A stretch of 18,928 nucleotides of DNA from an uncultured Dictyoglomota bacterium (GCA_964654465.1 CAZZIO010000067.1:1-18928); one strand, 5' to 3'; counted from the stretch's first letter, positions 10,510 through 18,544 are shown. Notes: generated by a model not told the origin, from the letters alone. A program made the numbers and translations.

Positions 10510-10535
10510 AAAATACATAATACTTATGATATAAA
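10506..10535 (+). promoter_or_regulatory. Possible promoter for the membrane diguanylate cyclase
   Basis: TTGAAA (10506-10511), 18-nt spacer ending in TG-N, then TATAAA (10530-10535). The AT-rich background makes this weak evidence. Confidence 0.35.
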
Positions 10536-10606
10536 CTAGTATTGAAAATTATATTTTTGAAATTAAAGCGTGACAATTAAAGGGAAGGGGATATTTTAAA
10601 GAGGGA

Positions 10607-12271
10607 ATGAAATTAAAAAATAAAATCTTTTTATTCTACGCGGGAATATCTCTCATATTTTTTATTCTTATAGAGATAATATTTATAAGCATTATAAAAC
10701 ACGAATATTTATTGATTTTTAATAAAGAGATAGAAAACTATGTAACTACATATATGGATAGAATTGAAAAGGATCCAAAAGATATTCTTAATGGAAGAGT
10801 TTTTGAAAAAAGTTTTTACCTTGGCAAAATTGAGGGAATTTTAATTCAAGAAAACCCTAATAGTATAAAACTTAGACTAAACACTGACTTTGAAAGATTA
10901 CCTGAAGAGATATTAATTAAAGATAAAGGTTCGATTCTTGATTTGAAAAACCATAAGTATTACTATATATATTCAAGTAAGAGCAAAAATTTAAAGCTAA
11001 TTCTCAGCTTTAATACTCATCCCTTTGAAGAAAGATTTTTAAAATCTACTATTTCCTTCTCAATTCCCCTTATAGCACTACAAATTTTTTTCCTCTTGTT
11101 ATTTTATTACTCCATGAAACATACATATGTAAAACCATTAGAAGAATTAGCCCAAAGCCTTTCTCAAGATAATCTCTTAAACCTAAATAGGGACAAATTT
11201 TTTAATAAAAATGATGAAATAGGTGATCTCTCAAGAAAAATCTTTGATTTTGAAAGCTCTTTAAGGAATATCATAATTACTCAAGAGGAAACAATTAAAA
11301 ATCAAGAGAAATATCTAAATTTACTACTTAAATTTATCTCTGAATTTAATCTCTCTAAAAAATCTATAGATGTGATTAACGTCATACTTAAATTTTATAA
11401 TCCTGAGTTTCCAGTAAAAATTTATGATATATATCTTGAAAACTCCTTAACAAGAGAAGATCTATATCAAAATTTGCAAATCTTGAATAAGGATGAGGCA
11501 AAAGAAATATTTGATATGCTAATATTCCTAAAAGACAACAAATTATTTACATATCATGACCTTAAATTCTTTTGTAAAAATATACCTGAAGACTATGTAT
11601 TAATTCCATTAAGAACAAGTGAAAGACTTTATGGTTTTATAAGTATCTCTATGATAACTTTTGAAGATTTACAAGATACCTTCATTTCCATCTTATACCA
11701 TCTTACAATAGCTTTAGAAAATACCCTTTTATATGAATACACTGAAAAATTATCAACAATTGATCCTTTAACAGGTGTCTTCAATAAAAGAAAATTTGAC
11801 GAAATCCTTGAAAATGAAATAAAAAGAGCTCAAAGATTTAAACATCCTTTAAGTATACTTTTTATTGATATAGACCATTTTAAAAACATAAATGACCTAT
11901 ATGGTCATATAGTGGGAGATTCATTTTTAAAAGAAGTTGCCCTTTTTCTCCTAAGAAATACTCGTTCTATTGATAGCATAGGAAGATTAGGAGGAGAAGA
12001 ATTTGCCTGTATATTACCTGAAACTGATTTAGCATCAGCCTATAACGTAGGAGAAAAAATGAGAGTAAAATGGAATACTGAAAAACACATAATCCCAATA
12101 GATATAGAAAAAAGAATAGGAACATTAAGTATAGGTATAGCAAATTTCCCTGTACACACAGAAAATCCCAAAGAATTATTGATACTTGCAGATGACGCAC
12201 TATATATGGCCAAAGAAGAAAGAGATAAAGTATTTATTTATAGTAAAGATTACAATAAAGATTTAATATAA
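10607..12271 (+). CDS. Membrane-bound diguanylate cyclase (TM, extracytoplasmic domain, TM, HAMP, GAF-like, GGDEF)
   Basis: Hydrophobic segments at about aa 7-30 and 148-168; HAMP-like KPLEELAQSL...DEIGDLSR; IDPLTG; DIDHFKNINDLYGH; RSID I-site followed by RLGGEEF. Confidence 0.9.
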   Translation: MKLKNKIFLFYAGISLIFFILIEIIFISIIKHEYLLIFNKEIENYVTTYMDRIEKDPKDILNGRVFEKSFYLGKIEGILIQENPNSIKLRLNTDFERLPEEILIKDKGSILDLKNHKYYYIYSSKSKNLKLILSFNTHPFEERFLKSTISFSIPLIALQIFFLLLFYYSMKHTYVKPLEELAQSLSQDNLLNLNRDKFFNKNDEIGDLSRKIFDFESSLRNIIITQEETIKNQEKYLNLLLKFISEFNLSKKSIDVINVILKFYNPEFPVKIYDIYLENSLTREDLYQNLQILNKDEAKEIFDMLIFLKDNKLFTYHDLKFFCKNIPEDYVLIPLRTSERLYGFISISMITFEDLQDTFISILYHLTIALENTLLYEYTEKLSTIDPLTGVFNKRKFDEILENEIKRAQRFKHPLSILFIDIDHFKNINDLYGHIVGDSFLKEVALFLLRNTRSIDSIGRLGGEEFACILPETDLASAYNVGEKMRVKWNTEKHIIPIDIEKRIGTLSIGIANFPVHTENPKELLILADDALYMAKEERDKVFIYSKDYNKDLI

Positions 12272-13395
12272 TTAATTGCTTTTTCTGGATCTTCAACCTT
12301 TCCTTGCAAAAAGTATTCTCCTTTACTTCCTTTCCATCCTATTTCTGTTAACTTTTCCAAAATTTTATTAAAAAGCCCTGTTGACACATCATAGCTTCTA
12401 AAGATTATCGCTTGTCCTTGTGAATTTAAAATTATACCCAAAATACCATTTTCTTTCATTATCTCCTGAACAACAAACTTGATTGTATTTATATCTTCTT
12501 CTAAAATATTTAAGACTATTCTTATATTCTCTTTATTTACAGCTAAACCTATAAGTTCTTTTGCTACATACTTGTTTATCCTTTCCCTCAATCTTTTATT
12601 ATCTTTTTCTAAGGTTTCCAATTTTGTAAACAACTTACTAATACCATCATAAATATCAGGATTTCCTAATTTTTCTTTAATGTACTTATATTCTTCTTCC
12701 CTCATACTTAATCTTTTCAAGATCCTTGAACCAGCCACAAATTCCACCCTCCATAAATCATTATTCTTTTTGTAAAAATCTACTATTTTAAACAATCCTA
12801 TTTCTCCTAATCTATTCACATGGAGTCCTCCACAAGGATTCACATCAAGGCCTACTATTTCTACTATGCGAATATCTTCATCCTTCCAATATACCTTCAC
12901 AGAAATATCTTCTTTTATGTACCTATTCACTGTACTCTCTATCTCATTCACAAAACCCTTAGGATCAAAGCCTCTATATGGTATCTCTATTTTTGTGTGG
13001 TCTTCTAAAATTTGAAAACCAGTAGTCTCCAATGAATAATTCTTTTCTATTAAAGCAGAAAGAAGATGTTGAGCTGTATGTTGCTCCATGTATTCTCTAC
13101 GAAGATCAATATCTACATATAACTCAACCTTTTCATCAATTAAAGGTTCTCTACAACCATTTAAAATGCCTTTGTGCCAAATTTTACCATCTTCTTCCCA
13201 TACGTGGGAAACTAAAAGAATCCAATTATCTGATCTAATTTCTCCCTTATCATAAGGTTGTCCTCCACCTTCTGGATAAAAAATGGTTTCAGAGAGGGAA
13301 AGAATAAAAAAGTTGTTTTCCTTTTTAATATCAATAACTTTGCTTTCCCAATTTACAATATTTGGATCATTATAAAAGATTTTCTTAGTATTCAT
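12250..13395 (-). CDS. AlaX-type alanyl-tRNA editing (Ser/Gly-tRNA-Ala deacylase) protein with a C-terminal coiled coil and DHHA1/C-Ala-like region
   Basis: TIFYPEGGGQPYDKG; zinc motifs HTAQH and CGGLH; EIGLFKI...RVEFVAG. Start moved from the track's TTG 13419, which lies inside the terminator, to ATG 13395 (MNTKKIFYND). Confidence 0.88.
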   Translation of the reverse strand: MNTKKIFYNDPNIVNWESKVIDIKKENNFFILSLSETIFYPEGGGQPYDKGEIRSDNWILLVSHVWEEDGKIWHKGILNGCREPLIDEKVELYVDIDLRREYMEQHTAQHLLSALIEKNYSLETTGFQILEDHTKIEIPYRGFDPKGFVNEIESTVNRYIKEDISVKVYWKDEDIRIVEIVGLDVNPCGGLHVNRLGEIGLFKIVDFYKKNNDLWRVEFVAGSRILKRLSMREEEYKYIKEKLGNPDIYDGISKLFTKLETLEKDNKRLRERINKYVAKELIGLAVNKENIRIVLNILEEDINTIKFVVQEIMKENGILGIILNSQGQAIIFRSYDVSTGLFNKILEKLTEIGWKGSKGEYFLQGKVEDPEKAINYIKSLL

Positions 13396-13402
13396 AATGT
13401 TA

Positions 13403-13408
13403 ATTATA
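13403..13408 (-). promoter_or_regulatory. -10 box positioned for a leaderless alaX transcript
   Basis: The minus strand reads TATAAT-taacatt-ATG (7-nt gap) with no Shine-Dalgarno sequence. Confidence 0.55.
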
Positions 13409-13412
13409 CTAT

Positions 13413-13458
13413 AAAACAAAAACCCCTGCCATAAATAGCAGGGGTTTTGTTCTTTTTT
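13413..13458 (-). terminator. Rho-independent terminator after the RRM gene (T-tracts on both strands)
   Basis: 11-bp stem AAAACCCCTGC (13419-13429) / GCAGGGGTTTT (13438-13448) with an 8-nt loop. The minus strand continues TTTTTGTTTT. Confidence 0.88.
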
Positions 13459-13476
13459 AAATTATCAGCTAATAAT

Positions 13477-13770
13477 TTAAAATCTACGATTGTGAGACCT
13501 ATTGGAAGTTCTACGATCTTCTCTTGGCTTTGCTTCACTTACAATGATCTTTCTTCCATCAAACTCAAGACCATTGTAAGATTCAATTAACTTTTGAGCC
13601 ACATCTTCTGATGTTTCTACAAAAGCAAATCCTTTGGATCTTCCAGTATTACGGTCAGTTATCAACCTAATACTTTGTATATCCCCTTCTTTTGCAAAAA
13701 GTCCTCGCAGATCATCCTCTGTGGTCTGCCATGATAGGTTTCCTACATACAGTGTCTTAACCAATTTCAC
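13477..13770 (-). CDS. Single-RRM RNA-binding protein (bacterial Rbp family)
   Basis: RNP2 LYVGNL; RNP1 KGFAFVET; DRNTGRSKG; GRKIIVSEAKPRE; short Arg-rich tail. AGGAGG RBS. Start is GTG 13770 or, with better RBS spacing, TTG 13764. Confidence 0.93.
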   Translation of the reverse strand: MKLVKTLYVGNLSWQTTEDDLRGLFAKEGDIQSIRLITDRNTGRSKGFAFVETSEDVAQKLIESYNGLEFDGRKIIVSEAKPREDRRTSNRSHNRRF

Positions 13771-13797
13771 GTACCTCCTAAAAAATTTTATCCTTTA

Positions 13798-13825
13798 ATT
13801 ATACTCCTTTAAAATTATTTGTCAA
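13798..13825 (-). promoter_or_regulatory. Consensus sigma70 promoter for the RRM gene
   Basis: Minus strand TTGACA (13825-13820), 16-nt spacer, TATAAT (13803-13798); both hexamers match consensus perfectly. Confidence 0.75.
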
Positions 13826-13831
13826 ATCTTA

Positions 13832-14011
13832 TTTCTGAGATTAGTCGAAAGTCTCCCTTATAGTGCACCTCCAAGATTAGGATTTGTAAAACAAGGTCCT
13901 CAATTAATTACCGCCTTTATAGATGAAGCCCAAAATATGGTTGTTGGAACCTATGCTCCCAAACAAATGGTAGACAGGTTAATTGAAAGATTTAATGAGA
14001 TTATGAAGTAA
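13832..14011 (+). pseudogene. 3' remnant of a sugar ABC transporter substrate-binding protein
   Basis: Open frame without start or RBS: FLRLVESLPYSAPPRLGFVKQGPQLITAFIDEAQNMVVGTYAPKQMVDRLIERFNEIMK*. It resembles the C-terminal helices of carbohydrate binding proteins and lies directly before the two permeases. Confidence 0.6.
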
Positions 14012-14037
14012 AGATGCTAAAATAAGGAGGGTAGCCA

Positions 14038-14891
14038 GTGAAAATCTTTCGTTGGCAATATAATCTTTTTATTCTTCCTGCTCTCTTAGTTATGGTTATA
14101 TTTTTTGTATATCCTATACTTTTAACTTTATATTTTAGTTTTCTTGACTATTCCATTATAAGACATACCAATAAATTTATTGGGCTTGCAATCTATATAA
14201 AAATTTTAAAAGTAATATTTTTATTCAAACTGCTTATAATACTTTTATATGGGTTATAATATCTACTTTTATCCCTCTATTTTTAGCAAAACTGGCGGCC
14301 CTCCTTACCTATAAAAGTTTTTTAGGATATAAAGTTTTCAGAAGTCCTTTCAGTTTACCCATGATTTTTATCCCCTCTTCGACTGCAATTCTCTGGGCTT
14401 TAATGTATAGTGAACCTTTTGGTTTAATTAATCATATAATGGAATTTCTACGTTTACCAAGAGAAATTTGGCTTGCTAATCCTAAAACTGTTCTTCCTGC
14501 AGTATCTATCGCAAATGCATGGTATGGAACCCCTATGTCTTATTTGATGATATTAGCAGGATTGGAAAGTTTAGATACAGAACCATTGGAAGCATCAGAG
14601 GTAGACGGAGCTACCTATTGGCAAAAAGTAAGGCATATTATTTTTCATATGGTCTATCCTATAATATTATTAGTAGCACTTTTAAGACTTATTGATGTTA
14701 TCAGAAGTTTTTCTTTAATTTGGATAATGACTCAAGGAGGACCTGGAACTTCTTCTACTACTCTTCCAGTTGCTACTTTTAAAGTTTCTTTCTTACAATA
14801 TGATTATGGTATGGGATCCGCATGGGGAGTTATTAATGTTATAGTAACATTTGTAATTACTCTCCTCATATTAAGGAGACAAAAAGGATGA
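14038..14891 (+). pseudogene. Carbohydrate ABC transporter permease 1 (MalF/UgpA-like), frameshifted
   Basis: AGGAGG then GTG 14038. LFILPALL...YPILLTLYFSF...FIGL joins SNIFIQTAYNT...FRSPFSLPM in another frame via a 1-nt loss at about 14208-14211. EAA-like EASEVDGA; WIMTQGGPG. Confidence 0.9.
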
Positions 14892-15701
14892 GTCCTTTTA
14901 GAACATTTTTTATTTTTCTTATTGTTCTTTTTCTCTTAGGATGGGCATTATTTCCTATATTTTACTCCTTAAATATCTCTCTTTCTGGTTTTTGAACTTC
15001 CTACTAAGTTTGGATTTCCCAAAGAAATAACTTTAAACAACCATATAGATGCCTTAAAGGACAAAGAGATCTGGAATGCTACTTTAAATTCTCTTATCAT
15101 TGCATTTTTTGCAACTTTTCTCTCTATTTTTACATCTATTCCTTCTGCTTATGCTTTTTCCAGATCACAAAATAAACTTTCTAAATTTTTATATTATTTA
15201 TTCTTATTATTTAGATTATTTCCTTGGTTTGCGCTTGCCTTCCCTATATTTTATTTAATGGCAAAATCAAAATTAGTGGATACCTATTTGGGAGTAGGAA
15301 TTAGTCATTCTGTGGGGATAATCCCTACAAGTATCTGGTATTTAAAAGGTTTTTTTGATATGGTTCCTTTAGAAATATAAGAATCAGCCCTTGTTGATGG
15401 AGCTTCTCCTTTTCAGATCTTCCTAAAAGTTGTTCTTCCTAATGTATTGCCAGGACTTATTGCTGTTTCAATATTAGCCTTTATGTCAAGCTATACTGAA
15501 TATTTATACTCATTAATTCTAACTCGAACTCATACTACTACTCTTCCTGTGCTTATGGCAGGCTACCTTTCTTAGTTTAAAGTAGAATGGAGAAAAATCT
15601 CTGCTATATATATGCTATCTACTATTCCTATGATAATTTTCTACTCTTACACTCTCAATTTTATGAAAAGAGGAACTCTTTCAGGGGTAATAAAAGGATA
15701 G
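14888..15701 (+). pseudogene. Carbohydrate ABC transporter permease 2 (MalG/UgpE-like) with three lesions; absent from the ORF track
   Basis: ATGA overlap at 14888. Extra T in the T5 run 14989-14993; TAA at 15378-15380 inside the EAA motif (EI*ESALVDGA); TAG at 15573-15575. Motifs NSLIIA, SAYAFSR, TLPV and C-terminal GTLSGVIKG* are retained. Confidence 0.92.
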
Positions 15702-15786
15702 TTCGTAAGAAAATACTACTATATCCTCTTGTAACAGCATCTTTATTTTTCTGATCATCTAAAGATAGAAAATAACTAATATTACA

Positions 15787-15832
15787 AAATGTGATATAAG
15801 TCATTTGAATTCATATTTAATTGTTTTATAAT
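15787..15832 (+). promoter_or_regulatory. Putative promoter with an overlapping CRP/FNR- or Rex-like palindrome
   Basis: AAATGTGA-TATAAG-TCATTT (15787-15806); TTGAAT (15805-15810), 16-nt spacer, TATAAT (15827-15832). Confidence 0.45.
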
Positions 15833-15874
15833 TATTTAAGTTAAAAATTAGAAAGATAGAAAAGGAGGATAAAT

Positions 15875-16915
15875 ATGAGACTTAAATTATTATTTATTCT
15901 TCTATTATTCTATCTTGTAATATTCTCTTTATCATGGGGACAGTTTGAAAATCCTCAACCTAATTTTACAAAAATACCTTCATGAGTAAAGCCTGGAGTT
16001 ACCTTTGTGTATCAAACAAATATGGGTTCAGGTACCAGAATAGGAGATGATTTTTCTGGAGGAGCAGCTCAAGGATACTATATCTATGTTGTCACTAATA
16101 TTGATAAGTTAAATGTCTACAGCATAAGCCTTCTAATTACTCAAAGCATATCTTCTGGATACCCATCTTTAAATTTATCAACAGAACTTCTTAATGGTAA
16201 AATTTTTATTGATCCACAAGAAGCGGAAGATTATGTTAAAAAAGTAAAAGTAGCTGGTCTTCCTCCTGGTCTAAAATACGAATTTGGACCTTATGGAAAT
16301 AATCTATACTATTTCCTTATAGAGGCTTCTGATTATCAATCTATGGAAAGAATTTTATTTATTCTTGATAACAAAGGAATAGTACAAAAAATATCTATAT
16401 TAGAAAAGCAAAGATTAAGCTCATCTACAGCTGTAGAGCTCCAGTTAGTAGGAGTATATAATACTAACATTCCACAAATTACCAGTCCTCCCCCAGCTGT
16501 TAAATTCTCCCCTACTTATCAATTTTATTCATCTGTAAGTTTGTTCCAAGGTTATCACGGTATGAGTACTCCCCTTGGAATGGGTAGATTTGCAGCATTA
16601 TCTTCTTCAGGTACTTTATTTTTGATTGATGTTCAAGGACAAGTAAGAAAGCAAGCAATAGGAAATTACTACTTAGGACCATATTATATAAACCCTCAAC
16701 TTCTTAGACAAAATTCAATTATTAGCATATCCCAAATTGGATTATCTTGGGATATAGTAGGAAGAGGGCAATATGGAGGAATATTAACTCAGGTCAACAT
16801 GAGAGAATATCCAATTGCTCAATACGAATATGAACCTAACACAGGACTTTTATTAAATGCTACTATACCACAAGGAGAAGGGCTCTATGTAAGTATGTTT
16901 TTAGTAAGTAAATAA
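15875..16915 (+). pseudogene. Secreted protein of unknown function interrupted by one in-frame TGA (codon 37)
   Basis: AAGGAGG RBS then ATG 15875. Signal peptide MRLKLLFILLLFYLVIFSLSWG-Q. TGA at 15983-15985 in IPS*VKPG, after which the same frame continues into the listed 16007-16915 ORF. Confidence 0.8.
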
Positions 16916-16953
16916 AATATGTTAAAATAAAATAAAATTAAGTAGAGAGAAAA

Positions 16954-17373
16954 ATGGGTGTTAAGGAGAAGTATAAAAATTTTCCCACTTTGTCAAAGGA
17001 TATAAAAGAAAAAATAAATAATCTAAAAGAAGTATTTATTAAGAATAAAGTAAAGATTGCATATCTTTTTGGATCTATTTTGAAAGAAGAAAATCCTGAA
17101 GATATAGATATAGCAGTAATTCTTGAGGGAGATTATTTTAGATTACTTGAAGATATAAAGGAATTCCTTAACACCCAAAGAATAGATCTTATAGACTTAT
17201 CCCAAGTCTCTCCATTTATTGCTCTACACATTATAAAGAATGGAGAAATCATTTTTAAAGAAAATACAAAAATAGAAAACGAATACGAAATGAATATTCT
17301 CAAAAAATGCCAAGATCTCGAAGCTTTTAGAAGAAAACAGTTAGAATTTATTAAAAAAGCATATGACATTTGA
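16954..17373 (+). CDS. Minimal nucleotidyltransferase (MNT/MntA-like antitoxin)
   Basis: AYLFGS-x8-DIDIAV; RIDLIDL; 139 aa; overlaps the downstream HEPN gene by 11 nt. Confidence 0.88.
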   Translation: MGVKEKYKNFPTLSKDIKEKINNLKEVFIKNKVKIAYLFGSILKEENPEDIDIAVILEGDYFRLLEDIKEFLNTQRIDLIDLSQVSPFIALHIIKNGEIIFKENTKIENEYEMNILKKCQDLEAFRRKQLEFIKKAYDI

Positions 17374-17780
17374 TAAAAACCTGATAAAAGAAAACTTAAT
17401 AGAGCTAAATAATATTTATGGAGAACTTCTTAAATACAAAGATATTGAAGAAGAAGAGTTCATAAATAATCTATCAATTAGATGGACCCTTGAAAGAGGA
17501 CTTTTAGCAGGGATAAACATAATATTAGACATTGGTAATCATATTTTAGCTTCACAATATAAAATATACCCTAATACCTATGAAGGATATATTAAAGGAA
17601 ATTTTTGGGAAAGGTATAATATCTCAAGAAGTTTATTCAAAAATTAAAGGTATGGGAAGCTTTAGAAATATTCTTGTCCATGAATATATAAAGATTGACC
17701 CAAAGAAAGTCTATAAAAATTACAAAAGTTTCTTAGAAATAATTCCAGAAATCTCTAAAGAGACTCTTAAATTGATTTAA
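17363..17780 (+). pseudogene. HEPN (DUF86/HepT-like) RNase toxin, frameshifted
   Basis: The N-half (ERGL...ILDIGNHI...PNTYE) and C-half (DILKEI...FRNILVHEY, an Rx4HxY motif) are joined by removing one base in GAAGGAT at about 17582-17588. The restored protein is 138 aa. Confidence 0.88.
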
Positions 17781-17911
17781 ATAGAATTTAGTGATTATAA
17801 ACATCTAAAAAATTTCTTGGGCAAATCATCCTATTGAAATAATAAAAGAAAGACTCTTTTAATTTAGCTTTTTAGGATTTCCTTTCTAAAATTAACATAT
17901 CTCCTTATTAA

Positions 17912-18367
17912 TTATATTTTACGTCTAAGATAATCTGAATAATCAATTACTAATCTTTTATATTCTCTATCCCTAAGAGGAGATGAAATCAAAAAATCAG
18001 CTGTGGATCTGTTAGATGCTATAGGAATATTCCATACTACAGCTATTCTTAAAAGAGCTTTAACATCTGGATCATGAGGTAAAGGTTCTAAAGGATCCCA
18101 GAAAAATATGAGGAAATCTATTTCCCCTTCTGCAATCTTTGCTCCTATTTGTTGATCTCCCCCTAATGGTCCACTAAAAAATCTAATTATTTTTAACCCC
18201 AATTCCTTTTCTAAAATTTCACCTGTTGTTCCCGTTGCATATAGTATGTGTCTGGATAATGTACCTTGATTAAATCTTACCCATTCTAAAAGCTCATTTT
18301 TCTTATTATCATGGGCAATAAGAGCAATTCCTTTTTGAATACCCATAGGAATCTCTTTATAATTCAT
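17912..18367 (-). CDS. mgsA: Methylglyoxal synthase
   Basis: [54 protein letters not shown] 7 nt before ATG 18367, so the track start at 18418 is too long. Confidence 0.96.
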   Translation of the reverse strand: MNYKEIPMGIQKGIALIAHDNKKNELLEWVRFNQGTLSRHILYATGTTGEILEKELGLKIIRFFSGPLGGDQQIGAKIAEGEIDFLIFFWDPLEPLPHDPDVKALLRIAVVWNIPIASNRSTADFLISSPLRDREYKRLVIDYSDYLRRKI

Positions 18368-18464
18368 ATTAGATCTCCTCCTTATATTATAAGTTCTGAA
18401 ATTAATTATAACTCCCAATGTATCTCCAAAAAAATTAAAAAAAACATGAACTAATTACTTTTTG

Positions 18465-18544
18465 GGTTTTTACTGTATTACTCTCCCCTACCCAATAAAA
18501 ATTATCTTATTTTATGGATAGGGGAGAATAAACTTAGAAAAACC
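18465..18544 (-). repeat. Long imperfect inverted repeat / predicted RNA hairpin
   Basis: 22-bp core stem (18531-18510 paired with 18500-18478), one bulge, 9-nt loop, plus an outer GGTTTTT/AAAAACC pair. No U-tract follows it on either strand. Confidence 0.75.

Noticed and set aside
10561..10582. Direct repeat AATTAAAG x2 before the diguanylate cyclase
   Set aside because: Only 8 bp, AT-rich, with a 14-nt period that is not helically phased.
14200..14215. Programmed frameshifting or phase variation in the permease genes
   Set aside because: The homopolymers are short (4-5 nt), and the partner permease also has two nonsense codons, so decay is the simpler explanation.
15983..16030. Selenocysteine or genetic-code reassignment at the in-frame TGA
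   Set aside because: No convincing SECIS-like hairpin follows, there is no Cys/redox context, Trp fits the motif, and TGA terminates several intact genes in this window.
17781..17911. Spacer between HEPN and mgsA: weak hairpin and mini-ORF MLILERKS after AAGGAG on the minus strand
   Set aside because: The stem is almost all A/T, and the RBS-ATG spacing is only 2 nt.
2503..18367. Functional link between mgsA and the Fe-ADH (methylglyoxal to acetol/propanediol)
   Set aside because: The genes are 14 kb apart on opposite strands with unrelated genes between; nothing in the sequence links them.
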